NCBI GenBank assembly: GCA_963805855.1
Contig: CAWDVW010000004.1
Location: 1 to 64,000 of the forward strand
DNA: 64,000 nt
Source of the DNA: Candidatus Dadabacteria bacterium
GTDB taxonomy: Bacteria > Desulfobacterota_D > UBA1144 > Nemesobacterales > CSP1-2
Direction: 5' to 3'
Below, piece after piece: positions 1-10,610 of this stretch. The notes beneath the pieces are model-generated. The model ran no database searches and was not told where the DNA came from. It worked only from the letters and a program-made list of their open reading frames with translations. Position numbers and translations under genes: made by a program. Positions within the stretch are counted from its first letter, which is position 1; every line of letters starts with the position of its first letter.

Positions 1-471
1 CATTGTAAGCACGACCGATGGAATTGAGGTTGTTGTTCCCAACTCGCAATTCATAACACAGAAAAATCGTTAATTATTCACTATCCGATCATTATATAAG
101 GGTGAGAATACCTTTTGGCGTGTCTTATAGCTCCGATCCAAACAAGGTAAGGGAGATACTCTTAAGTGTTGCTAAAGAACATTCTCAAATACTAAAGTAC
201 CCCGCCCCCAATGTTTGGTTTTCTCAGATGGCGGATAGCGCTCTGATATTTGAATTGCTTATCTGGGTTAACATAAGGATGCTTTGGAAGATTAATCCCA
301 TCGTGAGCGAAATATACTTTAAGGGTTGGGTACGAGCTTCAAGAAATGAGGGAATAGTCGATACCGTTTCCACAGAGGGACGTGTGGTTTAAGAATAATC
401 TGCAGATCGAATTAAAAAAAGAATTATCTGATGAGTTAGCTACGATGAAAGATAAGGCTAAAGAAACATGA
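1..471 (+). CDS. mscS: MscS-family mechanosensitive channel, C-terminal part (5' truncated by window; several indels)
   Basis: Joining frames gives IVSTTDGIEVVVPNSQFITQKIVNYS..RVRIPFGVSYSSD..IPFPQRDVW, the MscS C-terminal signature. Indels near 62-66 and 325-360; stop TGA at 469-471. Confidence 0.8.
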
Positions 472-610
472 ATTCGCTATCGATGAAATAAATTCAAGTC
501 ATTGCGACTGTAAGACGGTGCGGGCTTATTTGATAATACATCATTTCGAATTTATTGAGATTATATATTTTATTATAATCAACGTTAAAAGTAATGGCGG
601 AGTAGATGTC

Positions 611-1675
611 GTGACTAGATTGATAAAAAAAGCTACTGAAAAAATCGGATTGCATCCGGGCGCATTGATTCACGTTGGTGAAAAAAAGGTCGATAAAACG
701 AGGATTCGCGTTATTGACTATAGCGAGAATCAACTCGAGGAAACGGAGGTAAATACAATTGAAGATATCTTCCCGTACAGAGATAAAAATAATGTTACAT
801 GGATAAACATAGATGGTCTTCACGATGTCGGCGTGATGGAAAAGATTGGGGAGCACTTTAATCTTCATCCGCTTATGCTGGAAGATATTTTGAATACAGA
901 TAAAAGGCCTGAGATTGAGGATTATGGTGAATACATTTTCATGGTGATAAAAATGCTCTACTATGATGAAATTGAGAAAATAGTAAAAGCAGAGCAGTTG
1001 AGCATCGTAGTCGGTAACAATATTGTATTTACCTTTCAAGAAAGGGTGGGGGATGTATTCAATCCCTTGCGCGAAAGGATAAGAAAAGGGAAAGGGCGGC
1101 TAAGGAAGTCAGGAACTGATTACTTAGCTTATGCACTATTAGATACCATTGTTGATAATTACTTCATAATTCTTGAGAAATTTTCGGATGCAATTGAAGC
1201 CGTAGAAGATGAGTTAATTAACAATATCAATAAGAGCACTATAAAAGAAATACACCGAATGAAACGGGAGATGGTTTTTTTGAGAAAGTCGGTGTGGCCA
1301 GTTCGAGAATTGGTAAACGGGTTAGAAAGGTCGGAATCTGCCCTCATTGATGAATCTCTGTCCATTTATATCAGGGACCTATATGATCACACCGTTCAGG
1401 TGATTGATACGATAGAGACTATGCGTGAGATGGTATCCGGGATGCTTGACATATACCTGACCAGCGCCAGCAATAGGATGAACGAGGTAATGAAGGTGCT
1501 AACAATTATGGCTTCAATATTTATTCCACTCACATTTATAGCGGGCATCTATGGAATGAACTTCGAGAGTATGCCGGAACTTCACGCTAGCTGGGGTTAC
1601 CCTTTCACTTTATCGTTGATGTTAATTGTAGCAATTTCGATGATTCTTTATTTTAAGAGAAAAAAATGGTTGTGA
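611..1675 (+). CDS. corA: Magnesium/cobalt transporter CorA
   Basis: GIYGMNF motif, MPEL loop and two C-terminal TM helices; GTG at 611 follows GGAG (ORF track start at 518 is probably too early). Confidence 0.95.
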   Translation: MTRLIKKATEKIGLHPGALIHVGEKKVDKTRIRVIDYSENQLEETEVNTIEDIFPYRDKNNVTWINIDGLHDVGVMEKIGEHFNLHPLMLEDILNTDKRPEIEDYGEYIFMVIKMLYYDEIEKIVKAEQLSIVVGNNIVFTFQERVGDVFNPLRERIRKGKGRLRKSGTDYLAYALLDTIVDNYFIILEKFSDAIEAVEDELINNINKSTIKEIHRMKREMVFLRKSVWPVRELVNGLERSESALIDESLSIYIRDLYDHTVQVIDTIETMREMVSGMLDIYLTSASNRMNEVMKVLTIMASIFIPLTFIAGIYGMNFESMPELHASWGYPFTLSLMLIVAISMILYFKRKKWL

Positions 1676-1700
1676 ATTAATAGGAAAAACTTCTTAACAT

Positions 1701-3047
1701 TTATGTTATATCGTTTTTTGAAATGACAATATCTCTTAGATTTTCTTCTCCCAAAGCGCTGTGAATAGCATCGTCAATTTTATCAGTCACTTCATCAATT
1801 TCTCGAATGCTGTGATTTTGCTTCTCAAAAGTAGCATTATCTCTATAGCCGCTTCTTACCGCTGCTATGATTTCCCTGATTTTTATCGTATCGATGCTCT
1901 TTGCCGGCAAGTATGCCGGTTCTTTGTCCCCGGTCTCGGTAACTAGCTGTTGATCTTCCAGCTGAATTAGGCAATCCTGAATCTGCTGATGTGGCAGCTG
2001 CAGATGATCAACAAGTGAATTCAGGGTCCATCGTTGTTTGTTGTGATAGAAGTTGTATCCAATCAGATACATTATTAATAAGGCAAGTTTTTCTTTTAAC
2101 CTGTGACTCAAATTGAATGATTGTTCTTCCAGGGAAAGAGTCTTTAGATTTTGATGACAGTAAGACACTTCGCATCCAATGAGAAGTATCAGCCAGCTTA
2201 AATAAAGCCAGATCATGAAGAGTATTAGCACTGCAAAACCAGAATAAATTGCTGCATACCTTGCCGATGTTGCAACAAACGTTGCAAAAATCCATCCTAC
2301 AGCTTGCCAGGCAATTCCTGCTACCAAACCTCCAATTAGAGCCGATCTAAAATTTACCCTCACATTTGGAATAACGATGTACAGAAAGGTAAAGATTGCC
2401 ATGACAATTATGAATGACAGCAGCTTCCCGGCGAAAAGAGTTATAAAGGCTCCAATCGGTCCGATAGATGATATTTTTTGTATGATTGTCGTTCCGAGAA
2501 GACTGGCAGTAAGGCCAAACAAGGCAAATATAAGGACAGGACCTATAAGAATCATGCTTAAATAGTCGCTAAATATCCTAGAGATGCTTCTCCCTTTCTT
2601 CACTCGCCATATGTGGTTTAATGAACTCTCAAGCTTATTGACCAGTGATATAACTGTGTAAATGAGCAGTAGGAGACCGACTATGCCGAGCACACCCACC
2701 TTCGTATTTTTCACAAATTCCAGTATCTTCTGGCTTATTTCTGCCCCTTTTGGCCCAAGCGGCACCAAAAATTTATGAAGAAGTGGTTCGAGCTGGGTGT
2801 CGACAACTCCAAACGCTTTGAGGATAGAAAAGCTTAAAGCTATAAGGGGAATGAGCGATAAAAGTGTCGTGTATACGAGACTCATCGACCTGAGGGTGAT
2901 TTCACTTTCAATTGATTCACGTACTATTGTGTAAATTAATCTTAATGATTGAATCAGAAAGGCTTTAAATTTATCTAGAGAAGAGAGATCTATGTGCCAA
3001 AGATCCCTTGTGAGAAAATCATTTAACTTTTTTACGAGCTCAGTCAT
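1701..3047 (-). CDS. YihY/virulence factor BrkB family membrane protein with C-terminal wHTH-like extension
   Basis: SLVYTTLLSLIP, LNHIWRV and YAAIYSGFA..LFMIWLYLSW motifs; multiple TM segments. Confidence 0.9.
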   Translation of the reverse strand: MTELVKKLNDFLTRDLWHIDLSSLDKFKAFLIQSLRLIYTIVRESIESEITLRSMSLVYTTLLSLIPLIALSFSILKAFGVVDTQLEPLLHKFLVPLGPKGAEISQKILEFVKNTKVGVLGIVGLLLLIYTVISLVNKLESSLNHIWRVKKGRSISRIFSDYLSMILIGPVLIFALFGLTASLLGTTIIQKISSIGPIGAFITLFAGKLLSFIIVMAIFTFLYIVIPNVRVNFRSALIGGLVAGIAWQAVGWIFATFVATSARYAAIYSGFAVLILFMIWLYLSWLILLIGCEVSYCHQNLKTLSLEEQSFNLSHRLKEKLALLIMYLIGYNFYHNKQRWTLNSLVDHLQLPHQQIQDCLIQLEDQQLVTETGDKEPAYLPAKSIDTIKIREIIAAVRSGYRDNATFEKQNHSIREIDEVTDKIDDAIHSALGEENLRDIVISKNDIT

Positions 3048-3384
3048 TTTCTAAGCGTTTATATTCTACCACTCAAAACGTCAATATAGAAAACGGTGGA
3101 TAAGTACTCGAGAAATGATTGTCTAATTCTAAAAAAGAGTAAATGCATTATAAAAAAAGTACAGAGACTTTTTTTCTATTTTGAATCCACAATGCTTGAA
3201 TTGATTACTTTTTTCACTTAACCCACTAATAACCTTATGTGTTTTTTGAGGACTCATTTGAATAACTTGATTTTTATCTTTCAGTGATACTTTTTGCTAA
3301 CTAAATAATTAGTTACTGTCCCTATTTTCTGATGCATAATAAACTTAAATTAAGTATTACGTTAAAACCAAGGGAGGACTTTAT

Positions 3385-4203
3385 ATGGGTAATCAAGGAA
3401 AGATTAATGAGTGGAGAGAGAAACTTCATGAAATAATTTTTGAAGCAGATACACCTGCAGGAAAATTATTTGATGAGTTGTTAATTGTAACCATTATTCT
3501 CAGCGTTATTGTTGTCATGCTCGACAGTATTGACTGGATTAGAGATGATTATCAAGGATTACTTTATTACCTTGAGTGGGTTTTTACTATCATATTCAGT
3601 ATTGAATATGTACTGAGATTAATTTGTGTAAGGCGGCCTGTTAAGTATGCTACAAGTTTTTTTGGGATGGTTGATCTCTTGACAGTTGTACCAACTTATC
3701 TGGATTTGGTTTTTCCTGGCACGCGATTCCTTTTGGTAATCAGGATATTACGGGTTCTCCGAATATTTCGTATTTTAAAGCTTGCCAAGTATATTGGGGA
3801 GGCCAATTCTCTTGTAAAAGCCTTAAGGGCAAGTAGCAGGAAGACAATGGTATTTCTGTTTGCAGTTATTACGATTGTAGTAATTTTAGGTTCTATAATG
3901 TATATGATTGAGGGAGAAGAGCATGGTTTTACTAGCATACCCTTTAGCATATACTGGGCTATTGTAACTCTTACAACGGTTGGTTACGGTGACATAGCTC
4001 CCCAAACTAGTCTTGGTCAGGCAGTTTCAATCGTCGTAATGATGATAGGGTACAGTATCATCGCAGTTCCAGCAGGAATCGTTAGTGTAGAATTATCACA
4101 GGTATTCACACGAGGCATTTCAACCCAGGCATGCAGGTATTGCAGTGCTGAAGGACATGATGAAGATGCGAAGCATTGCAAGTTCTGCGGAGAGAAGTTA
4201 TAG
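3385..4203 (+). CDS. Ion transporter / voltage-gated-type potassium channel
   Basis: TTVGYGD selectivity filter, Arg-rich S4 (RILRVLRIFRILK), C-terminal CxxC...CxxC. Confidence 0.93.
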   Translation: MGNQGKINEWREKLHEIIFEADTPAGKLFDELLIVTIILSVIVVMLDSIDWIRDDYQGLLYYLEWVFTIIFSIEYVLRLICVRRPVKYATSFFGMVDLLTVVPTYLDLVFPGTRFLLVIRILRVLRIFRILKLAKYIGEANSLVKALRASSRKTMVFLFAVITIVVILGSIMYMIEGEEHGFTSIPFSIYWAIVTLTTVGYGDIAPQTSLGQAVSIVVMMIGYSIIAVPAGIVSVELSQVFTRGISTQACRYCSAEGHDEDAKHCKFCGEKL

Positions 4204-4474
4204 ATAGCCTGAATTATTCAGGATCCGAGGTTGGAAACCTCCGGATATGTAACTTATGAACAGCTTCCGGCGGTGAAGAAGAGTTGTGGCAGAGGACTTT
4301 AGTCATTCACTTAATTGTCATCTTAGATTCTGTAATATAGGCGTTTAGATGGCGAGACGCTCCAGACTTAATAATTAGAAATTTACTTCATGGGTTTGCA
4401 TTTTTACCCGTGATACTTCTAAAGAAGCAACCGTTAAGGCGATGAGTGAATTGCCTCTCTGTCTATGTGCTGAT

Positions 4475-4496
4475 ACCCTGCAGCTTTCTGCAGGGT
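4475..4496. terminator. Hairpin (probable terminator) just past the DUF1579 stop codon
   Basis: ACCCTGCAG-cttt-CTGCAGGGT, a perfect 9-bp stem between convergent genes; no clear U-tract. Confidence 0.5.
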
Positions 4497-4507
4497 TATT
4501 CATTACT

Positions 4508-5158
4508 TTACTTTTTCCTTGTGTAGGTAATTTCTAGGGCTTTGTACTCCTGCCAGTCTTTGTCTTTTGTATACATTTCATAAACGAATTTATCATCGTT
4601 AATAATCTTTGTCACACCCCTAAAGGTTGTTTCACCCATTTTAGGTTGTGTAAATTTCCCCTTTTCTTCAAGGGTTTTTGTAGAAGCGTCATACTTACCG
4701 CTAGACACCATTACACCTGTACCCATATTGTCGATCCACACAGAAACATATTCCTTTCTAGCGTTGTCGTATCCGGTAATTCCCATTCCTTCAAAGGGTT
4801 GGTCCATTGATGTCCCATGAGCAGTTTTCTCCAGAAATCGTCCGTCCATTATCCATCTGGCCTCACTGGTTCCTTGCGATATCTCGGGCTCAGAATTCGG
4901 AGAAGACCACCACTTTACCGCGTAATCCCAGTTCCCTACGAATGCGTCTAAAACTTTATGGTTTTCATTGGGAGTTGCATATTCCTTCCATATTTCCATA
5001 TCTGAGGCTTGATTTCGATCTGTAACAACTTTCTCTTCTGACTGAGTCTCCTTAGCAGGTTCTTCCTCAGCTATTCCTACAGCAGATGTAGTAGCAAAAC
5101 CGATTGCCAGAATAAACACAGAATATATAAATGCTTTTAATAAATATGATCTGCGCAT
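4508..5158 (-). CDS. DUF1579 family secreted protein
   Basis: Signal peptide; P.E.H..L..FVG.W, FEGMGITGYDN and YVSVWIDNMGT motifs. Confidence 0.85.
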   Translation of the reverse strand: MRRSYLLKAFIYSVFILAIGFATTSAVGIAEEEPAKETQSEEKVVTDRNQASDMEIWKEYATPNENHKVLDAFVGNWDYAVKWWSSPNSEPEISQGTSEARWIMDGRFLEKTAHGTSMDQPFEGMGITGYDNARKEYVSVWIDNMGTGVMVSSGKYDASTKTLEEKGKFTQPKMGETTFRGVTKIINDDKFVYEMYTKDKDWQEYKALEITYTRKK

Positions 5159-5324
5159 GAATATGCCCCCTTCAATCGAAATTATTTTATACTCTAACCA
5201 ACCAGAATTTGAAATTCAAGGATGAGTTAAAATGGCGAATGTTGTAAGTATTTTTTTTAATCTTAATATTGTATTTTGATGTGGACCTGTCATATGCATA
5301 TCAAAACTTCAAAGAGGTGTTGCC

Positions 5325-5971
5325 ATGACTTATATACTCGTAAATCTGGGGTATTTTTTCATGTTCCTGGCCCTGACGGCTAAGGATATCCTTTTATTAA
5401 GGAGTATTCTAATATTGGGGCAATTGAGCCTGGTTTCGTTCGGTTATTTCTCTGATAATTTATATGTTTCATTTTGGAATGTGTTGTTTTTCTGCATAAA
5501 TTCATTTCAGATAGCCCGACTCTTAAGGGAGCGGACGAAGATCGAACTACCTGCAGAATTAGCGGATTTATACGAACAGGTTTTCAGCTCGATGAGCAGG
5601 AGAGAATTTTTGACGTTTTGGAATATGGGACGAACTGAAAGGAGAGAAGGAGACCAGATGATACGGGAGGGAGAGCATCAAAGAGAACTTGTGCTTGTTT
5701 TGTCCGGTATTTTCAACGTGGTGAAGGGTGGTGAAGTAATAGCAAAGTTAACCAGGGGAAGTTTCATCGCAGAGATGAGCTTTTTACCGGCGATCCTGCG
5801 TCGGCGGATGTCTTTGCGAATGGACCGGTTGAGTATATTGTATGGAATCAGGAGAAATTAAGGAATTTAAATCAGATAAATCCTCAATTATTTATAAAGT
5901 TTCAAAATGTGTTGGCAAAGGATCTTGCCGATAAGATTAAGTCAACGCCCAATCAGGACAAATCACAGTAA
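5325..5971 (+). CDS. Popeye-like membrane protein with cyclic-nucleotide-binding domain (frameshift ~5786)
   Basis: N-terminal TM helices (DILLLR, FWNVLF..IN..Q) then a cNMP fold (GSFIAEMSFL). The shifted frame continues TGDPASADV..W to TAA at 5969-5971. Confidence 0.75.
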
Positions 5972-6062
5972 ACAAATATTTATAAGACGATAGGGGATAA
6001 CGGAGGAGAGTTAAAATAGAAGATGTTGTTTTCCTTATGCGTAACTAAACAACGTAGCACTC

Positions 6063-6785
6063 CTACAATTTGCTTTGCCATACTGCCTTTCCTATAAAAA
6101 ATGGACCCAACGAGTCAAGGTACATAGCGGTTTGTTTTGTTTTTCTCATCGCCTGTACGACGCAGGATAGCGGGTATAGTTCTTTTCCCAGAAGGCCAAT
6201 TACAAAGTCATTGTCATTCTTATCCAATCCATGGCAGGCGAGGCGAATGTCCTTGGCAAAGCCAGCTTTGCCAAATTTGAAGCCAATCTTGCCGTGTTCT
6301 CCCAGTACCGCACGCTGTATATCCTCCGAGAGTGTTTCAAATTCTTTACCTCTTTGAAGTGGATACCATATAGCCCATGGCCATTCGGGGTCTAGAACTC
6401 TTCGGCGTGGCTCATTAATAAGCGTTGCCTCCAGATCGGGTTCGTATCCGAACGAGTAAGTCCGGCCAAGCATTGTATACTCTGGCTTGGGAACCAATTT
6501 ACGAAAGGCAGATTGATTCAGCAAAGCGCGGGTTTTAGTTATAAAAAGATCAGGGTCTTCTTCCATTGATATAATGCCCACCCCAGTGGGGTCGTTGATA
6601 TCCAAATAGAGTGCGCCGTCTACATTTGAATGCTCCACGGCCTCAATTAGAGGTGAGGTGTCGCTACAGTTTCCGAAGGCATGAAATTGCATAAACAGCC
6701 TACGGTTAAGTTTTATAGGAGCGCCGTCTTTAGCTCTTCCCTTCTCACTAATGTCAATTTGAGTGTCGTCATTTTCTATAGACAT
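6063..6785 (-). CDS. Chlorite dismutase/coproheme decarboxylase family heme protein
   Basis: WYPL.R..F..L...Q...L.EHG..G, DIRLACHGLD..DNDFVIGL and LGPFFIGK motifs; ATG at 6785 follows GGAGG. Confidence 0.8.
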   Translation of the reverse strand: MSIENDDTQIDISEKGRAKDGAPIKLNRRLFMQFHAFGNCSDTSPLIEAVEHSNVDGALYLDINDPTGVGIISMEEDPDLFITKTRALLNQSAFRKLVPKPEYTMLGRTYSFGYEPDLEATLINEPRRRVLDPEWPWAIWYPLQRGKEFETLSEDIQRAVLGEHGKIGFKFGKAGFAKDIRLACHGLDKNDNDFVIGLLGKELYPLSCVVQAMRKTKQTAMYLDSLGPFFIGKAVWQSKL

Positions 6786-6883
6786 TTTGCCTCCCGAAGA
6801 GGAAAATCGCAGAGTATTATGTGTAGCTGTCATCTAATATACATAATTTTTTCTTAATAGAATATATTTCTTCTAGTTTAAGC

Positions 6884-7315
6884 TTGGTCCCACAGGGCTT
6901 GAGTGGCTGCTATACGGTATTGAGAAGAAAGGAACTTCCTAGACTCAATATGCCTTTTGAGCTAGGATTAGGTTTAGGATGTAAAGCCTATTGGCCTCGT
7001 AAATTGGCTGAAAAGAAATGTCTCATTCTCGAAAAAGAACAATATAGATATCAACAAACTTTATCAGATATTTCAGGAAATGATATAAAATCTCATTATG
7101 GATCTCCTGAGATGCTGGTAAGGAGAGTTAGAGATTGGATTTTTGAAACGACAAATACGAAAGCGACAAGCACCACCAGAATTTGGCAGCGTTTCAATGA
7201 ATTTTATTGCGATTTATGATGGCTGTTAGTAAATCTGGATATTCTGAAAAAGATGTTCAAGAAAAGTTATTGGATTTATAACCTTTATTAAAGAATGGAA
7301 AACGACTGAGCTATC
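6884..7315 (+). pseudogene. 5'-truncated fragment of a conserved hypothetical protein (PRLNMPFELG family)
   Basis: ELPRLNMPFELGL..GC..KKCLILEKEQYRYQ..LSDISG.DIK; no RBS or N-terminal half; premature stop at 7217-7219. Confidence 0.55.
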
Positions 7316-7489
7316 ATAGATAGGTCTAAATTTACTTAGTTTTTGGAGAGTGTTTATTACCGGCCATTTGGATATGCCCGTCCTACTTCAGCTTTTCGTG
7401 CTTTTCTTCAAAGTACTCTAGTTGAATATACAATTGAAGGCATAATGCACCCACCCTCGTGAAGCCTGTCCATCCCGGCAGACGAATTT

Positions 7490-8257
7490 TTACCGCTTTC
7501 TAAAGATCTCCTGAAAGATTTGTTCAATAAGGACTCCGGTTTCGCTTTGACGAGAGTAGAATTCATTCTCGCTCAAAAGGTTATCCCGATTGGTGTCCAG
7601 ACGGTTAAAGGTTTCGGTATCGCTGCGCCATTCGCTGCGTGAGATCCTGCCATCGTTGTTAACATCGAGCTCATAGAAGACAGCAACTCGAACCTGCTCC
7701 CGATTGTAAAATTCATCACGGTTTAATGTTCCATCGCCGTTGCGATCCAGCTCTTCAAATGACCGACTGGTGTTATGCCATTCATTGCGTGCAATGACCC
7801 CATCGTTATTGTGATCGAGCTCGCGAAAATTATCTTTCCCGGCGCGTTCATGAAACTCCTCAAGGCTTAAAACGCCATTTTGATCATCGTCCAGACGATT
7901 AAAGTCCTCAATCGTACCCGTCCATTCGCTGCGGGAAATCACGCCATCGTTGTTACGATCGAATGCACCAAATGGGTCGGAATGACGACTCTGGTCGTCA
8001 TCATACTTACCACATGGCGCACCACCCTCCTCCACTTCATTACCTGAGAGGACACCGTCCCGATTCCAATCGTGGTTATCAAAAGACCTATCGATACTAA
8101 TCCGCCATTCTTCACGAGTGATGACACCATCATTATTCCGATCCATGTCTTTGCATTTCTTGTCCATTTTTTCCTTCGCATAAACTAAATCGGTCGAGAC
8201 CGGGAAAGCGAATATAATCAACAGGAGAAAATAAAGGATGTATTTGAAATAATGCAT
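7490..8257 (-). CDS. Secreted EF-hand calcium-binding protein (8 EF-hands)
   Basis: Signal peptide and eight DxNxDGx(I/L)xxxE-type loops; GGAGG RBS. Confidence 0.9.
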   Translation of the reverse strand: MHYFKYILYFLLLIIFAFPVSTDLVYAKEKMDKKCKDMDRNNDGVITREEWRISIDRSFDNHDWNRDGVLSGNEVEEGGAPCGKYDDDQSRHSDPFGAFDRNNDGVISRSEWTGTIEDFNRLDDDQNGVLSLEEFHERAGKDNFRELDHNNDGVIARNEWHNTSRSFEELDRNGDGTLNRDEFYNREQVRVAVFYELDVNNDGRISRSEWRSDTETFNRLDTNRDNLLSENEFYSRQSETGVLIEQIFQEIFRKR

Positions 8258-8743
8258 GTAACACCTCCTAATTCATTAAGACCTATGATCCCATTTTATG
8301 CATAAGCCTTTTCTATTCCTAATATCATAAGACAAAGAAGATTTCTCGTCAAGAAAAATCACCCTAGGGTCTAAACCTATTAGATGTTGGAAGATTGTAT
8401 TGAATTTTAGAAAAATCTATTAAAATTTGTGTGTTTCCCTCATTAAAAGGTTTTTATTCACATAATATATATTATGAATAAAGGGCTGTATCTGGGACGA
8501 ACTTTCGTGCACTCAAAGGATACTGGTTGTTACCAAAGGTTTATTCGGGAAAAAGATTTGTTGACGGAGTAATGCTAGAAGATGAGAAAATTAACAGAAA
8601 AGGGAAGGCCGCCTGAATGATTTTTACACACCTATTGAAGAGATCGTTTTTTTGTGTCAAGTTTTATTGCTACTTGGAGGATTTGGGCAATAGCCCATGA
8701 ATACACGACTCCAAACATTTTTTTCGAAAGGAGGTAAAAAACG

Positions 8744-8941
8744 ATGTTTGACAACCATTTCTACAACCTCATGGCACAAATAGTCGAAGAACACAAGAGC
8801 CTCTGGCGGATCAAAAATATGTACAAAAAAGACGCTTCAGGCTGTAAGCAATGTCAAACCCTCTGGGACAAATTAGAAAAAGATCAAGAGGATCATATCA
8901 GAGAGCTTGAGGAAATTATCAAAACACATGTAAAGAAATAG
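8744..8941 (+). CDS. Small helical hypothetical protein (half-ferritin-like, CxxC)
   Basis: Strong AAGGAGGT RBS; YNL..Q..EE.KSLWRI...Y.KDA..CxxC..LW..L..D.E.H pattern. Confidence 0.7.
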   Translation: MFDNHFYNLMAQIVEEHKSLWRIKNMYKKDASGCKQCQTLWDKLEKDQEDHIRELEEIIKTHVKK

Positions 8942-9057
8942 TAACTTTAAAATGATAAGTCTCAGATTGGGAAGTTTCAAAAGATAACATAAAACTAACA
9001 GGTTATTTGGGGGGGTGTTTCCAATTTTGGAAAGGAACGTGAGGAGGATTTAAGGAT

Positions 9058-10326
9058 ATGGGCAATCGAAGACATATCACGCTCATAGGAACACTGGCAG
9101 CCATTTGCCTGGTTGGCGTGGCCGCTGGCCAGGTGACGGGCGAGAAGTCAATGAAACAAGAACCTCAGCATTTTGGGTTCGACCGTGTGATTAGCGAAAA
9201 CACCCAACAGATGCTCGAGAATGGCAGAGAAATCTTTCGCTTTGATACTTTTGGTGACGAGGCTTTCTGGGGTGATACACTCAATCTCCATCAGGCAATC
9301 GAGGGCGCCAAGCTCGGAGGCGTGAGTCAGGGCGTAAGTCCGAAGACGGCCTTGAGTGTGGGTTGAAAGTGGATGCCGATGCGCTTCCGCTGGCTCTTGC
9401 TGAGCAAATTAAGGCAGGCAAGGTCGATTTCGATGACCCAGCCACCACCCCTTGCGCTTCTTAAGCTCAATGCAGTGGTGGGTCTTTCTGGCTTCTTCAA
9501 CGAACAAGGGAGTCTGCGATCAGTCGGCATTCAGTGTGCCATTTGCCATTCCACAGTTGATGATTCATTCGCTCCTGGTATTGGCCATCGGCTGGATGGC
9601 TGGCCCAACCGCGATTTGAATGTCGGTGCAATAATAGCGCTTGCTCCCGACCTGAAGGTAGTGACTGACCTATTGGGCGTCGATGACGCAGCCGTCCGAA
9701 AAGTGCTCAACAGTTGGGGACCTGGAAAATTCGACGCAGAGCTTTTTTTAGACGGCAAAGCTTTCGGTCCTGCCGGAAAGTCAGCAGCCACCCTGATTCC
9801 GCCTGCCTTCGGTCTTGCAGGCGTGAACCTTCACACCTGGACCGGATGGGGTTCGGTCACGCACTGGAATGCCTTTGTTGCGAATCTCGAGATGCACAGC
9901 AAAGGAACGTTCTTCGATCCTCGATTGAATGACCCGGCACAATTTCCGGTTGCCGCCAAAGCAGGTTTCGGAAATGTTCGGAATAGTCCTGATCTGGTCA
10001 CCTTCAAACTCGCCGCTGTTCACTTTTATCAGCTTGCTATCCCTGCACCAAAGCCACCAGAGGGTTCGTTCAACAAGGAGTTAGCTACACGTTGAAAAGT
10101 CATTTTTGACGGCAAGGCGAAGTGCGCCACATGCCATGTGCCTCCGCTCTTCACCGAGCCGGGCTGGAATATGCATACGGTCTCTGAGATGGGAATTAAC
10201 GATTTCCAGGTGAGTCGTTCGCCTGATAAACGATACAGAACCGCGCCGCTGAAGGGTCTCTGGACACACCAGAAAGGCGGCTTCTTCCATGAGAAATTTT
10301 GCTTGACAAGAGGTTATTCATTGTGA
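9058..10326 (+). pseudogene. Di-heme cytochrome c (peroxidase-like fold), disrupted
   Basis: Signal peptide, CAICH and CATCH heme motifs. Indels at ~9361 and ~9448, in-frame TGA at 10093-10095, homology appears to end after GGFFH (~10290). Confidence 0.8.
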
Positions 10327-10387
10327 GACAATACGAATGGAAAACGTTTGTGCCTAAAATCGAATCATTTTAAGGGGGTTAAGATTT

Positions 10388-10588
10388 GTGAATTGGGATC
10401 AAATTGAAGGAAAGTGGAAACAGGTCAAAGGCAAAGTTAAGGAAAGATGGGGAAAGTTGACCGATGATGATCTCGACGTTATCGAGGGCAAGCGAGACCA
10501 GCTCGTTGGTAAGCTCCAGGAGAGGTATGGCATTTCAAAAGAAGAGGCTGAAAATCAAGCTGATGAGTTACGGAAAATCCTCAAATAG
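10388..10588 (+). CDS. CsbD/YjbJ family general stress protein
   Basis: MNWDQIEGKWKQVKGKVKERWGKLTDDDLDVIEGKRDQLVGKLQERYG signature. Confidence 0.95.
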   Translation: MNWDQIEGKWKQVKGKVKERWGKLTDDDLDVIEGKRDQLVGKLQERYGISKEEAENQADELRKILK

Positions 10589-10610
10589 AAGAAGTTCAAG
10601 GAGAATTGTC

